DNA of 64,000 nt from Alphaproteobacteria bacterium (GCA_038131935.1 JAYPQH010000018.1:1-64000), one strand, 5' to 3'; positions 10,347-22,149 are shown, counted from the stretch's first letter. Numbers and translations are program-made. Notes: generated by a model from the letters alone, not told the origin.

Positions 10347-10514
10347 AAGAAAACCTTTTCAACAAATCGATCTCTTCATATACATGTAAGGGCCGTTAAA
10401 CCAATTCACCATCTTGGGACAAGCATATTCACAAAAAATGAAGTTTGGCCCTGGGTGATCTCAAAGCAACCCCTGGAAACTGGAATGGTCGCATAGAAAG
10501 AGAAAGTAGCCTTT

Positions 10515-10988
10515 ATGAATGTGTTCCTTCGTCACGATTTGGTTCAAAGAGCGCATGAGTTGCGTAAGGGATCAACAATTATAGGCCTAGACCATGGCAG
10601 CAAAACACTCGGCGTTGCTGTTTCAGACACTTTGTGGATGACAGCAACGGCACTTGGCACCATTCAACGAAAAAAATTTGGCACGGATATGCAACAGCTT
10701 CATCAAATGATGCAGGGCCGAGATATTGGCGGGGTCATTCTTGGTTTGCCCCGTGAGATGAGTGGAGCATTGGGAAGCCGCGCTCAAGCCGTGGCAGATT
10801 ATGCAAGCCATTTGGAGAATTATCTGGGCTGTTGTTGCCTTTTATGGGAGGAACGACTGACGAGTGCAGAAGCTGAAAGGGCTATGTTGCAGGCAGACTT
10901 ATCCAGAAAGAAACGAGCTCAGAAAATAGACAATCATGCAGCCGCCATCATTCTTCAATCGGCTTTGGATAGGATTATGAACCTTTGA
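10515..10988 (+). CDS. ruvX: YqgF/RuvX pre-16S rRNA nuclease
   Basis: IGLDHGSKTLGVAVSD, GLP, WEERLTS, IDNHAAAIILQ. Confidence 0.92.
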   Translation: MNVFLRHDLVQRAHELRKGSTIIGLDHGSKTLGVAVSDTLWMTATALGTIQRKKFGTDMQQLHQMMQGRDIGGVILGLPREMSGALGSRAQAVADYASHLENYLGCCCLLWEERLTSAEAERAMLQADLSRKKRAQKIDNHAAAIILQSALDRIMNL

Positions 10989-11064
10989 TGCATCTCTTCT
11001 TGCCAAAAGAACAATGAGGAACTACCCCCTGTAGAGATACGTTTTTCGAGGGATACTACAAACC

Positions 11065-11991
11065 ATGGTCAGTTCGCGACGCCACCTAATTTCCATCGCT
11101 GACCTTAATTCTGCAGAGGTACGCGCATTATTGGCTCGGGCATCTGAATATGCCGACATCAACCGCGCTCTGTCTAAACATCACATCATCGCAGAGGGAC
11201 GTACGCAAGTTAACATGTTTTTTGAGGCGTCAACACGCACCCAAGCAAGTTTTGAAATTGCTGGGATGCGTCTTGGGATGGACGTACTCAATATGTCGGT
11301 GAATACCTCTTCAATGACAAAAGGGGAAACACTTCTCGACACGGCAGCGACATTGAATGCCATGAAACCAGACCTTCTGGTGGTACGTCATCAGCATTCT
11401 GGTGCTGTTCGATTGCTGTCTCAAAAGGTTAACTGCGCAGTTGTTAATGCAGGTGATGGCGCTCATGAGCATCCCACACAGGCCCTACTCGATGCGCTTA
11501 CGATCCAACAGACAAAAGGAGACGTAGCCGGGCTTAAGGTCGTAATATGTGGCGACATCATCCATTCTCGTGTGGCACGCTCCAACCTCATTCTGCTGCA
11601 TGAACTCGGTGCTGATATTCACCTAGCAGGTCCAGCCACACTGCTTCCCCCAGATGTGGATACCTATGGTGTACATGTTCATCGCCGCCTCAATGATGCA
11701 TTAACGGACGCTGACGTCGTGATGATGCTGCGTGTGCAACGTGAACGCATGTCTGGCGCTTTCTTCCCTTCCGTTCAGGAATATCATCACTTCTTTGGCC
11801 TCAACCATGAAAAACTTAAGCGGGCAAAACCTGATGTTATGGTCATGCATCCTGGCCCCATGAACCGAGGCGTTGAAATATCCTCAGAACTAGCAGATGA
11901 CCCAAACCATAGCGTTATTCAACTTCAGGTAGAGCTAGGCGTAGCCGCACGTATGGCTGCGATTGAGTTTTTGCTCACAGGAGCGAAATGA
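11065..11991 (+). CDS. pyrB: Aspartate carbamoyltransferase catalytic subunit
   Basis: [35 protein letters not shown]. Confidence 0.97.
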   Translation: MVSSRRHLISIADLNSAEVRALLARASEYADINRALSKHHIIAEGRTQVNMFFEASTRTQASFEIAGMRLGMDVLNMSVNTSSMTKGETLLDTAATLNAMKPDLLVVRHQHSGAVRLLSQKVNCAVVNAGDGAHEHPTQALLDALTIQQTKGDVAGLKVVICGDIIHSRVARSNLILLHELGADIHLAGPATLLPPDVDTYGVHVHRRLNDALTDADVVMMLRVQRERMSGAFFPSVQEYHHFFGLNHEKLKRAKPDVMVMHPGPMNRGVEISSELADDPNHSVIQLQVELGVAARMAAIEFLLTGAK

Positions 11992-13235
11992 TGAAAAGTC
12001 TTGTTTTTACCAACGCCCTTCTTGTGGACCCAGCAACAAACCTTACCCAGCTTGGATGGCTTTATGTTGACGATGGCATCATCGGTGACTTTGGAGAGGG
12101 TGCACCTCCTCATAAAATTTTGGACGAAGCGAACCAATTGGTGGATGCCCAAGGTGATATGTTGTGTCCAGGTCTGATAGATCTACGTAGCCATGCACCG
12201 GGGGGAAGCCTTCACCCACATCAGGTTAACCAATTGTTAACCGCAGCCAGACCTTTTGGTATTACCAGCCTATGTCTTTACACCCAAGTAACTGATGCAG
12301 CAGCACTGGCATATATCGGGGACCTTGGTCCTCAAAAAGCAGGACATGCCTATTTCTTTCCGCCGTTTAATCATCCTGATGATGAAACACGCATGGTCGA
12401 TATTGGATTATTGCAACGCGCTGGCGCCGCGGCTTTCGCAAACGGAGGGCCCAGCGTGAGACATACGGCACATCTACGCCGTAGCCTTCTTTATGCACGT
12501 GACTTTGATGCCTTGGTTTGTTTGCAACCCATGGACCCCTACTTATCAGATGGGGATATGCATGAGGGGCAAATGGCGACCCGCTTGGGTCTTGTTGGGA
12601 TTCCCAAATTGGCTGAAACCTTGGAATTGGAGCGCTTACTCAAGCTCATACAAGACACACAAAGCACAGCCCATATAGACATGATATCAACCCGAGACGC
12701 TGTCGATTTACTCGCTCGGTTCCCCAAGGTTACCGCCTCAGTGGGCATTCACCACTTGTTGATGAACCATCTTGATGTAGGCGAGTATAGAACTTTTGCA
12801 AAAATGCAACCACCCTTACGAGACGAGCAAGATCGATTAGCATTGATTGAAGCGGTCAAAAATAGGTGTATTCATGCTGTTGTATCTGCCAACAAATCAT
12901 TAGGCGAAGATGCCAAGCGCGTGCCATTTGGAGAAGCTGAATTTGGCGCAGTTGGGGTTGATTTGCTTTTGCCAGGCATGTTGGCTCTTTATCATGAGGG
13001 GCAACTGTCTTTACCCCAAGCCTTGTACCCTTTGACCGCTGGGCCTGCCAATATTTTGGGAATCCCGACAGGCCATTTGCAAAAAGGATATCGTGCAGAT
13101 TTGTTATTGGTTGATGTCGAAGCACCTATCCGCTTGGGTGAAGCAGATGGATTTGGTGACAATCACCCCATGAAGGGTCGTATGTTACAAGGAGTGGTCA
13201 AACAAAGTTTTGTAGAGGGGCGCCCACATGCCTGA
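11988..13235 (+). CDS. pyrC: Dihydroorotase-like protein (probably inactive PyrC')
   Basis: Amidohydrolase frame ([32 protein letters not shown]) following pyrB; metal ligands are degenerate. Confidence 0.85.
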   Translation: MMKSLVFTNALLVDPATNLTQLGWLYVDDGIIGDFGEGAPPHKILDEANQLVDAQGDMLCPGLIDLRSHAPGGSLHPHQVNQLLTAARPFGITSLCLYTQVTDAAALAYIGDLGPQKAGHAYFFPPFNHPDDETRMVDIGLLQRAGAAAFANGGPSVRHTAHLRRSLLYARDFDALVCLQPMDPYLSDGDMHEGQMATRLGLVGIPKLAETLELERLLKLIQDTQSTAHIDMISTRDAVDLLARFPKVTASVGIHHLLMNHLDVGEYRTFAKMQPPLRDEQDRLALIEAVKNRCIHAVVSANKSLGEDAKRVPFGEAEFGAVGVDLLLPGMLALYHEGQLSLPQALYPLTAGPANILGIPTGHLQKGYRADLLLVDVEAPIRLGEADGFGDNHPMKGRMLQGVVKQSFVEGRPHA

Positions 13236-13857
13236 TCCTTTGCACCCTTGGGGATATGCTATTCTCCTAGGATTTTTGGCTATTGGCTATTTTATCGGAT
13301 CTATACCTTTTGGATTGGTTTTCTCGCGCCTGTTTGGTTTACCCGATCCTCGAAGCTATGGATCGCAAAATATTGGCGCAACAAACATCCTCCGCTCTGG
13401 CAACAAATTGGCAGCTTTCCTAACGCTGATCGGAGATTCTGGTAAGGGTTGGCTTATTACGTTTCTATCCCTTTATTTTTATGGGTTAGATGCAGCCATC
13501 GCGACTGGTTTCGGGGCTTTCATAGGCCATTTACACCCAATCTTTCTGGGTTTTAAAGGTGGTAAGGGTGTGGCCACATTCTTAGGGGTTCATCTTGCAT
13601 TTTCCCCGACATTGGTAGGGCCATTATCACTTGTAGGTTGGTTGTTGGGTGCAATCATTTCAAAACGGTCTTCTGTTGGTGCGTTAACCATTGCAGTGCT
13701 AGCACCGCTGACATTTTGGTGGTTCACCTATATTCAATTAAGTGAAGTTTCAGCTATCATGGCTGCCTGGATGTTGTGGCGTCACCGTGACAACATTCGG
13801 CGACTTTACCTTGGTCAAGAACCCAAAATGAACTTTCAGAGGTCACGGGAGAATTGA
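13228..13857 (+). CDS. plsY: Glycerol-3-phosphate acyltransferase PlsY
   Basis: GSIPFG, GSQNIGATNILR, FKGGKGVATFLG, RHRDNIRRL. Confidence 0.95.
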   Translation: MPDPLHPWGYAILLGFLAIGYFIGSIPFGLVFSRLFGLPDPRSYGSQNIGATNILRSGNKLAAFLTLIGDSGKGWLITFLSLYFYGLDAAIATGFGAFIGHLHPIFLGFKGGKGVATFLGVHLAFSPTLVGPLSLVGWLLGAIISKRSSVGALTIAVLAPLTFWWFTYIQLSEVSAIMAAWMLWRHRDNIRRLYLGQEPKMNFQRSREN

Positions 13858-13889
13858 CAAACACAGGACTCATGGTCCAGTCGCGATTC
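13854..13889 (+). promoter_or_regulatory. Candidate topA sigma70 promoter with two GANTC sites
   Basis: TTGACA at 13854-13859, GACTC at 13867 and GATTC at 13885; the -10 element is not clear. Confidence 0.4.
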
Positions 13890-13926
13890 ATGGGGCGTTT
13901 TCTGCCCACCCAACTATTGAGGCATC

Positions 13927-16431
13927 ATGCAACTTGTAATTGTGGAATCACCAGCTAAAGCCAAAACCATCGAGCGCTATCTCGGCAACGGTTTTAAAGT
14001 CATGGCGAGTTATGGACATATTCGGGATTTAGACCCTGGTGAAGGGTCTGTAGATCCACAGAACAACTTCGCACAAAAGTGGAGCATCAACTCTGATGCA
14101 AACAGGAGGGTCAAAGAACTAACGGAAGCGGCCAAAGATGCTGATGACATTATTTTGGCGACTGACCCTGACCGCGAAGGTGAAGCCATATCTTGGCATC
14201 TTTACTCCGTCCTCCGCGAAAAGCGCGGGATGAAGTCAAAGCATATGCGAAGGGTTGTGTTTCACGAAATCACCAAAACAGCCGTGCTGAAAGCCATGGA
14301 AAACCCTCGCGACATCGATGAAGAACTCGTCCATGCCTATCTTGCACGACGACTACTTGACTATCTTGTGGGTTATACACTCTCGCCTGTCTTGTGGCGT
14401 AAATTGCCAGGAGCGAGATCGGCAGGCAGGGTCCAATCTGTTGCGTTACGATTGATCTGTGAGCGGGAAAAAGAAATTGAGCGCTTCGTCCCCATTCATT
14501 ATTGGACGGTAACAGCAGATCTCGGCTTTACCAAAGACAGGCAGATATCCGCCAAATTGGAAATGGTAGATGGGAAAAAGTTACAACCCCACGACATCAA
14601 TTCAGCCCAAATGGCTGATGATTTTGCTTCTGCCTTGCGGGTGTCCTCTGTGAACGTCATCTCCGTTGACACAAAGCCTGGCAAACGAACACCAGCACCA
14701 CCATTTACGACCTCTACCTTGCAACAAGAAGCTTCCAGAAAATTAAGTTTTGGTGCCCGCAGAACCATGCAAGCTGCCCAAAAGCTATATGAAGCTGGGT
14801 TCATAACCTACATGCGAACTGATGGCACGAGCCTCTCTCAGGAGGCTGTTGGGACGATAAGAGATGCCATCAAATCTCAATTTTCTGCAAGACATTTGCC
14901 TTCCAAACCGCGGGCTTACAAATCAAAAGCTGCCAACGCGCAAGAAGCCCATGAGGCCATTAGACCCACAAATATCAACAAAAAGCCAAGCGAACTTTCT
15001 ATAGATGGGGACCAGCGGCGACTGTATGATCTCATCTGGATGCGCACCATGGCCTGTCAAATGAGTGATGCGGAACATTTGGATACAAAAATCACGTTGC
15101 AAACAACTGACCAAAGATTTGGTTTGGGAACGACAGGACGCGTGGTAACATTTGGTGGGTTCACAGATCTCTACCGCGAAGGCTTGGATGACCAGGAAGA
15201 CGAAAAAGACCGACGCTTACCCAAACTCGAGGTGGGTGAAGAGGGCAAAGTCTTGCGCGCTGAGGATGAAGCTCATGCCACAAAGCCTCCTGCACGATTC
15301 TCTGAAGCCAGTTTGGTTAAAAAACTTGAAGAGTTAGGTATAGGTCGCCCATCCACATATGCGAGCATTATTTCTGTTTTGGAAGAACGCCGTTATGTCC
15401 GCATAGAACAAAGGCGGTTTTTTGCCGAGGACACTGGTCGCGTTCTTTCTGCATTTTTAGAAGCTTTCTTTGAACGCTATGTAGCTTATGGTTTCACAGC
15501 TGAACTCGAAGCAAAACTTGATCAAATCACATCTGGAGAATTGAACTGGCTCCAAGTGATGCATGAATTTTGGCAAGGTTTTGAAAAATCCGTCAAAGAT
15601 ATTGCAGAATTGCGGGTACGCGATGTTATTGATGTCTTGGATAAAGAACTGGAGATGCATCTCTTTCCCGTCACCGAGGAAAATCCTGAACCACGAAAAT
15701 GTCCCAAATGCCAAGCTGGCCAGTTAGGGCTGCGCATTGCCCGGAATGGCGGCTTCATTGGCTGCTCCAATTATCCCGAATGCACCTTCACACGCAGCCT
15801 GGGTCAATCAACCGAAGGGGATGAAGCCAGTGAATTGCCTCGAGATCTTGGCTATGACGATATGCAAAGACTGATTAGCTTGAAAACAGGGCGTTTTGGT
15901 CCTTACGTGGAGCGCGCAGGACTTGATGATGAAAAGGCCAAAAGGGCAAGTCTACCCAAAGATATTACCATCGCAATGGTCACCCTGGATTTGGCAATTA
16001 AGCTTCTGAATTTGCCCCGTGAAGTTGGTTACCATGAAGGAGAACCCATCATAGCTCAAATTGGGCGCTTTGGCCCTTACCTCACCCATGCAAACAAAAC
16101 GGCAAAACTTGCAAGCGGCATGGAAGCCCTTGAAATTGGCATGAACTTGGCCGTTGAAAAACTTGCCAAAGTAAAACCCAAGCCACCTGCAAAACTTATA
16201 GGTGAACATACATCAGGAAAGCCAATTGAATTGAAAACAGGCCGTTTTGGCCCTTACCTGCATATGGAAAAGGTCATGGCCAATATCCCTAAATCCATGG
16301 ACCCTGACCAACTTACCCTCGCAGAAGCCATCAGCTTGATTGATAAAAAAATGGAAAAGACGCCAACCAAAACGCGCAAAAGCGGCACCTCAGCCACAAA
16401 AAGCCGTGGCAGGGCCAAAAAAAGTGGCTAA
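13927..16431 (+). CDS. topA: DNA topoisomerase I
   Basis: LVIVESPAKAKTI, LATDPDREGEAI, SAGRVQS, ITYMRTD, one C4 zinc ribbon and three GRFGPY C-terminal repeats. Confidence 0.98.
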   Translation: MQLVIVESPAKAKTIERYLGNGFKVMASYGHIRDLDPGEGSVDPQNNFAQKWSINSDANRRVKELTEAAKDADDIILATDPDREGEAISWHLYSVLREKRGMKSKHMRRVVFHEITKTAVLKAMENPRDIDEELVHAYLARRLLDYLVGYTLSPVLWRKLPGARSAGRVQSVALRLICEREKEIERFVPIHYWTVTADLGFTKDRQISAKLEMVDGKKLQPHDINSAQMADDFASALRVSSVNVISVDTKPGKRTPAPPFTTSTLQQEASRKLSFGARRTMQAAQKLYEAGFITYMRTDGTSLSQEAVGTIRDAIKSQFSARHLPSKPRAYKSKAANAQEAHEAIRPTNINKKPSELSIDGDQRRLYDLIWMRTMACQMSDAEHLDTKITLQTTDQRFGLGTTGRVVTFGGFTDLYREGLDDQEDEKDRRLPKLEVGEEGKVLRAEDEAHATKPPARFSEASLVKKLEELGIGRPSTYASIISVLEERRYVRIEQRRFFAEDTGRVLSAFLEAFFERYVAYGFTAELEAKLDQITSGELNWLQVMHEFWQGFEKSVKDIAELRVRDVIDVLDKELEMHLFPVTEENPEPRKCPKCQAGQLGLRIARNGGFIGCSNYPECTFTRSLGQSTEGDEASELPRDLGYDDMQRLISLKTGRFGPYVERAGLDDEKAKRASLPKDITIAMVTLDLAIKLLNLPREVGYHEGEPIIAQIGRFGPYLTHANKTAKLASGMEALEIGMNLAVEKLAKVKPKPPAKLIGEHTSGKPIELKTGRFGPYLHMEKVMANIPKSMDPDQLTLAEAISLIDKKMEKTPTKTRKSGTSATKSRGRAKKSG

Positions 16432-18648
16432 ACATTCGCACCAAGATGCGATCCCCAGACCGACCTTCTTGCTTTTATTGAACAGCAAGAAGGCGCTGTT
16501 GACAAAAGAGAGATCGCAAAAGCTTTCCACCTGACCGGTCACGACAAAATTTTATTAAAACAACAATTGAGAAGGCTCGCAGACCAAGGACTCATTCCGT
16601 CAGCCAAACGGCCCAAACAGACTGCTTTTAAGGAGCGGGTTTTTATTGCAACCGTGAGCCATATCTCGGAAGATGGCGTTGTGTTTGCAGCCCCAGAGAA
16701 TGCAGACAACATCGAACAGCATGTTGAAGTAACAGGTCAGCGGGCCGCTCAGTTGTCTGTGGGCCAACGTATTCGCGTACGGCGCTTAGCACGAAAGAAC
16801 GTTGATACCGAAAGGCATGATCAGGTCGCTTTGATCCATAGGATTTCTGAGGAACAAGAGACACAAATTGCCGTGGTTATCAAAGAAAATGGTCGGGTTT
16901 GGGCGGAGCCAGTCAGCCGTCGCGGGCGCGGTCTTCGGATTACCTTGGTTGCCCATGAACAATGGGAATTGCGCCATGGGGCTCTTGTGTTGGTTCAAAT
17001 CATCAGCAAGCATCGTGGTGCCATAGCGGGAAAAATACTCGAACTGCTGGGAACAAGGCTCGATAGCCCACAAGCCGTCTCTATGGTGGCTATCCATGAA
17101 CATGACATTCCCTATCAGTTTTCTGAAGCTGTTTTCCACGAGGCTGAGATTGCAGAACCTCTTGATTGTGTAAGGGAGGATCTTAGCCATCTTCCTTTTG
17201 TCACCATTGATCCCAAAGATGCTCGGGATCATGATGATGCCCTCTACGCATGTCCCACCCCGGATAATCCTGCCATCATCCACCTTTACGTGGCTATTGC
17301 TGATGTATCAGCCTATGTCCATGGTGGCGGTTTGTTGGATCAAGAAGCCTGCAAGAGAGGAAATTCAGTATATTTCCCAGATCGTGTGGTACCTATGTTG
17401 CCTGAGCAACTGTCAAATGGTTTATGCTCACTCAAAATGGGACAAGAACGCTTAGCATTTGTCTGCCGTTTGCGTGTGGGTGAAGACGGGCAATGCACAG
17501 ATCCAAAATTTTTCAGGGCACGTATCAAGGTTCAACATAATTTTGCCTATGAAGAGGCCCAAACATATATTGACAAGCCTGATACAAACAGTCCGATTTC
17601 GCTTTTGTTAAAAGCATACAAAAGAATGGCCCAGGCACGAGATCTGCGAGAGCCATTGGACCTTGATGTTCCAGAACATCAAATCCATTTGGATACCGAA
17701 GGACGCGTCCATAAAATTACCCTACGCGATCGTTTTGATGCCCACCGACTGGTGGAAGAATGTATGATCCAAGCGAATGTGGCTGCAGGAACTGTTTTGG
17801 CAAAACATGGAAGCCCTGCTTTGTACCGCAACCACGAAGAACCTCCTCGAGACCGCCTGATCACACTTAAAACAAGTTTTGATGCCATGGGGCTTAATTT
17901 GGCCTTGGGCAATAGGTTGACACCAGCGCTTTTCAATCATGTCATCAAACGACTGACTGATAGCCCAATGGCCAGAACGGTCTCCGAAATGATTCTACGC
18001 TGCCAAACACAGGCTTTTTATGGCGTGGATAACTTGGGACATTTTGGCCTTGCATTACCCTGCTATGCCCATTTCACCTCCCCCATACGCCGTTATGCTG
18101 ACCTCATCGTGCATAGAAGCCTCATCACCTGTTTAAAACTTGGACAAGATGGGCTGACCCACGACACTTCAGAGCGGCTGGAAGCTATAGCTGAACATAT
18201 TTCAAAAACCGAACGAACGGCCATGGCAGCAGAGCGCGATTCCATTGCCCGTTACGTGGCCGCACATATGTCAGACCATATTGGGCGCCAGTTCGAAGCG
18301 ACCATTTCAGGTTTGGCAAGAATGGGACTTTTTGTGCAGCTTGTGGATAACGGGGCAGAAGGATTTATTCCTGCTGCAAAAATTGGTCGGGACTATTACC
18401 ATTATGACGAACAAACAATGACCATACGCGGAGAGCGTGCGGGCCTCACATTTAGGCTTGGAGAACCTGTTACAGTGCGGCTTGAAGAAGCTGCACCTGT
18501 GAGCGGAGGGTTGCGTTTTTCACTTGTCACGCCACAAGAACCGCCCTTGCGCAAAAGGGCCTTCAAAGGGCATGGTTCGCGGGCAAGGTCTACAACGGAT
18601 CGGAAGAAAAGCAAAAAAACAATGTCTAGGAAAAAACATGAGCGATAG
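16424..18648 (+). CDS. rnr: Ribonuclease R (N-terminus apparently frameshifted near 16455)
   Basis: VTIDPKDARDHDDA, YAHFTSPIRRYADL and an S1 domain. The frame extends upstream of the ORF call (DLLAFIEQ...KREIAKAF) towards a GTG at 16424 that overlaps the topA end. Confidence 0.93.
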
Positions 18649-19012
18649 GTCGGTATGGAGTGCAATTCTGAGAGGAATATCTCAAAAATGTCCTGCTTGC
18701 GGAGGAGATAGTTGTTTTGATGGATACCTAAAAATCCGTGAACAATGCAGATCATGTGGGGAAGAATTTTGGCACCATCGTTGTGATGATGCCCCCCCTT
18801 ATTTGGTTATCTTTATTGTAGGTCATATCGTGGTGCCCCTGGCGGTGGCACTTGAGCTTTCTTACACACCACCATTGTGGCTCCATGCAACCATTTGGTC
18901 CATTGCCATAATTGGTTTATCATTATTGTTGTTGCCAAGGGTGAAAGGCGCTGTACTCGGAATCCAATGGGCGAACAGAATGCATGGATTTGGGGATCAT
19001 GGAGAAGCATAA
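18638..19012 (+). CDS. DUF983 family membrane protein
   Basis: CPACG...FDGYLKIREQCRSCG...DDAPPYLVIFIVGHIVV, LLPRVKGAVLGIQWA. Confidence 0.85.
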   Translation: MSDRSVWSAILRGISQKCPACGGDSCFDGYLKIREQCRSCGEEFWHHRCDDAPPYLVIFIVGHIVVPLAVALELSYTPPLWLHATIWSIAIIGLSLLLLPRVKGAVLGIQWANRMHGFGDHGEA

Positions 19013-19625
19013 CACAGTCCCTGTGAGACCTGCATCTTCGGTGTTGGTATGGCAAGAAGGACCTCATGGAATTGAGGTGTTCTGCGGTATACGCAACCCT
19101 TCCATGACGTTCGCTGCAGGGCAAATTGCATTTCCAGGTGGACGTTTGGAGCGCCACGATGCGCGAGCGAAAGCCCTAAGCCCTTTATCATCGAACACAA
19201 AAGCATTGCTGGCCTACCAATCACGCCATAAACCACATGGCTTGGCCCAGGCGGGATTACGGGAACTGATGGAAGAAACCGGTTTGGTTATCGGACAACA
19301 TGAGCATAACAAATTACAGGCTGATTTCTCAGCGCTTTCGTTTCTTTGTCGTGCCATCACGCCACCAGGTCGTGTCCGTCGTTTTGACGCCCGTTTTTTT
19401 GCTGCTCCATCACACGCCATACAGACTATTATTCCTCCTACAGAACATGAAGAACTGCTAGATTTGCAATATCGCCCCCTCACAGCGCTTTTAGAAGACA
19501 AATTGATGCCTCCTACCAAGTTGGCACTGATGCAGCTCCGCGATTTGATTGCAGGCGAGATGACACCTAAATTGATGCGTGGCATGAAACGGATAGAAAC
19601 CATCTCAATATCCCAGAACCGTTAG
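18999..19625 (+). CDS. NUDIX hydrolase
   Basis: VRPASS, FPGGRLE, AGLRELMEETGL, RAITPPGRVRRFDARFF. Confidence 0.85.
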   Translation: MEKHNTVPVRPASSVLVWQEGPHGIEVFCGIRNPSMTFAAGQIAFPGGRLERHDARAKALSPLSSNTKALLAYQSRHKPHGLAQAGLRELMEETGLVIGQHEHNKLQADFSALSFLCRAITPPGRVRRFDARFFAAPSHAIQTIIPPTEHEELLDLQYRPLTALLEDKLMPPTKLALMQLRDLIAGEMTPKLMRGMKRIETISISQNR

Positions 19626-19630
19626 TTTCT

Positions 19631-20791
19631 ATGCGCTATCTTTCATCCTGGTTCGATCCAGAAAGCCTCAAAGATATTATTGCTATCTATATAGCAGTGC
19701 TTTTGGTTGGTGCTCTATTTGGGATGACCATGCCTCTAATGGCTCTTGAGTTGGAGCATATGGGGGCGAGCAAATTGATAAATGGCCTTTCTGCTTCCGT
19801 GGGTGTGTCAACAATGCTGCTGATGGCTCCCATGACCCCATGGTTGTTGCATAAATTTGGCACCCGAAATCTTATGGGCATGGGCTGCGTTATGGGGTCA
19901 GTTACATTGCTCTTATTTCCGATCTTTCCAGATGTTTGGGCATGGTTTCCACTTCGGTTTTTGTTTGGACTTTGTTTAAGCGCCTTGTTTACCTGCTCTG
20001 AAACCTGGCTCAACCTCACAACGCCAAAAGAAATACGTGGTGTGATGCTGGGAATTTATGGGACCATGCTTTCACTTGGATTTGCACTGGGTCCATGGTT
20101 GTTAACAACAGTTGGAGCGTCTGGTTGGCCCGCCTTCGCGGTTGCAGCCTTGCTTACATTTGCCGCTGGCTCGGTCATTCTATTTCTAGCACGCAACCGT
20201 ATGGTTGAAAAAACACCCCAGCATGTTCGGATCAGCACATTGGTGCGAAACAACCCAACGCCCTTTCTTGCCGCTTTTGTGTTTGGAGGTATTGAAACAG
20301 GTATTTTCAACCTCCTCCCTATTCATGGCTTATTAATGGATATGCAACCACAGCAAGCTGCGCTTTTGTTGGTTTGGGTTGGCGTCGGCAATCTCTTGTT
20401 ACAACTGCCAATAGGATGGCTTGCAGACAGGATGAATCAACGCCTACTTTTGGGCATCTGTGCCCTGATAGGGGCCATCGGCGGCTGGGGTCTAGCCATG
20501 ATGAATATGACGGAATTACCTGCCAAAATTCTTCTCCTCGTCTGGGGTGGTGCTGTGGTAGGTTTCTACACTGTTGGTCTTTCCATGCTCGTCAAGCGTG
20601 GGACGGAAACCCAAATACCGTCTATGAACGCGGGCTTTTTGATGATGTATGGTTTGGGAGCCGTCAGCCTTCCCAGTGTAACAGGTGAATTGATGGACAG
20701 GTTGGATGTCTGGGGCCTTCCTTTTGCAATTATAGTTCTTTGCGGTGGCTATTTTGTCTTACTCGTCATCAGGGCACAAAGACCATCTTGA
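19631..20791 (+). CDS. MFS transporter
   Basis: About 12 hydrophobic segments and the PIGWLADRMNQR loop motif. Confidence 0.88.
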   Translation: MRYLSSWFDPESLKDIIAIYIAVLLVGALFGMTMPLMALELEHMGASKLINGLSASVGVSTMLLMAPMTPWLLHKFGTRNLMGMGCVMGSVTLLLFPIFPDVWAWFPLRFLFGLCLSALFTCSETWLNLTTPKEIRGVMLGIYGTMLSLGFALGPWLLTTVGASGWPAFAVAALLTFAAGSVILFLARNRMVEKTPQHVRISTLVRNNPTPFLAAFVFGGIETGIFNLLPIHGLLMDMQPQQAALLLVWVGVGNLLLQLPIGWLADRMNQRLLLGICALIGAIGGWGLAMMNMTELPAKILLLVWGGAVVGFYTVGLSMLVKRGTETQIPSMNAGFLMMYGLGAVSLPSVTGELMDRLDVWGLPFAIIVLCGGYFVLLVIRAQRPS

Positions 20792-20851
20792 CGCTGAGCG
20801 CAGCAAGCGGTAGCAAACAGTTTTTGTAAATCAACGAGGGGGCCTAGAGCC

Positions 20852-21019
20852 ATGGCGAAGCCGACCACCATTAAAATCCGCCTTAACAGTTCGGCCGATA
20901 CAGGGTTTTTCTATGTCACAAAGAAAAACACCCGCACCATGACAGAAAAAATGGTGGTTCGGAAATATGATCCTGTTGTTCGCAAGCATGTAGAATTTCG
21001 GGAAGGTAAAATTAAGTAA
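20852..21019 (+). CDS. rpmG: 50S ribosomal protein L33 (not in the ORF track)
   Basis: Manual translation gives [55 protein letters not shown] (55 aa). Confidence 0.97.
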   Translation: MAKPTTIKIRLNSSADTGFFYVTKKNTRTMTEKMVVRKYDPVVRKHVEFREGKIK

Positions 21020-21162
21020 GGCGACCCTTTCCAACGGCAGCTTTCGCAGCAAAGCTAACTCTCTGAATGAGATGATTTTTAAGGTTTGCTGGGACGTTTA
21101 CCCCTTGCAAGGAATAGTGCCTATCATATACCCATATCTCAACACCTAAGCTTGGGAATTAT

Positions 21163-22149
21163 ATGAGTACAAACATGCAGACATCCGCTATTCAAGACCT
21201 TCTTGAGTTCTTCTCAGAAGACATGGCGCTTGTTGATGCAGAAATCCGCTCTCGCCTTGGCTCCAAAGTAGACCTCATTCCTGAATTAAGTGGACATCTG
21301 GTCCATGCTGGTGGCAAGCGGATTCGCCCTTTGTTGACCCTTGCAGGTGCTCGGCTTTTTGGCGCTATTAACCCTGCCACCATCAAATTGGCCGCCAGTG
21401 TTGAATTTATCCACACAGCAACCCTTCTGCATGATGACGTGGTTGATGGTAGCGCCCAACGAAGGGGTCGCGATACAGCCAATGCTGTTTGGGGCAACAA
21501 AGCTCCCATACTGGTGGGTGATTTCTTGTTTGCCAGGGCCTTTGAATTGATGGTTGAGGCCGATAGTCTTGAAACATTGAATATCCTCGCAACGGCATCA
21601 GCACGAATTGCTGAGGGAGAAGTGCTACAATTAACCTCGGCCCATGATGTAGGGCTTTCCCTAGACACGTATTTCCGCATTATTGAGGCCAAGACAGCTG
21701 TTTTGTTCGAAGCGGCCCTACAGGTTGGTGCGCTGTCTGCTGGCGCAACCAAGGAACAAGCTAAAAATGCTGGCTTATTTGGTATGGGATTTGGTTGTGC
21801 TTTTCAGATTATAGATGACTATCTAGACTATGCAGGTGAGCAAGCCATTATTGGTAAAGCACCTGGAGATGACTTTCGCGAGGGTAAAGTTACTATGCCC
21901 GTCATTCTCAGCATGCGAGCCAATCGTCAAACCCAAGAACAACTCACAGCCCTGTTCCAATCTCAACAAAGGGAACTTCATTTTGATAAAGCCTTGGGAT
22001 TGATTTCTCAAACAAATGCATTGGACAGCACCAAATCATATGCTTACGATTACACAAATCAAGCCATAGCTGGGCTTGCGGGGCTAGAGTCACGAACCAA
22101 AGATATGCTTACGTCTCTCTCACAAGAAGCCCTAAACCGCATAAACTGA
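21163..22149 (+). CDS. ispB: Long-chain polyprenyl diphosphate synthase
   Basis: GGKRIRP, EFIHTATLLHDDVVD, FQIIDDYLD, GDDFREGKVT. Confidence 0.93.
   Translation: MSTNMQTSAIQDLLEFFSEDMALVDAEIRSRLGSKVDLIPELSGHLVHAGGKRIRPLLTLAGARLFGAINPATIKLAASVEFIHTATLLHDDVVDGSAQRRGRDTANAVWGNKAPILVGDFLFARAFELMVEADSLETLNILATASARIAEGEVLQLTSAHDVGLSLDTYFRIIEAKTAVLFEAALQVGALSAGATKEQAKNAGLFGMGFGCAFQIIDDYLDYAGEQAIIGKAPGDDFREGKVTMPVILSMRANRQTQEQLTALFQSQQRELHFDKALGLISQTNALDSTKSYAYDYTNQAIAGLAGLESRTKDMLTSLSQEALNRIN

Noticed and set aside
16424-16567. topA-rnr stop-codon readthrough fusion (rnr is in the same frame as topA)
   Set aside because: More simply explained by a GTG start at 16424 plus a nearby indel error; no readthrough evidence.
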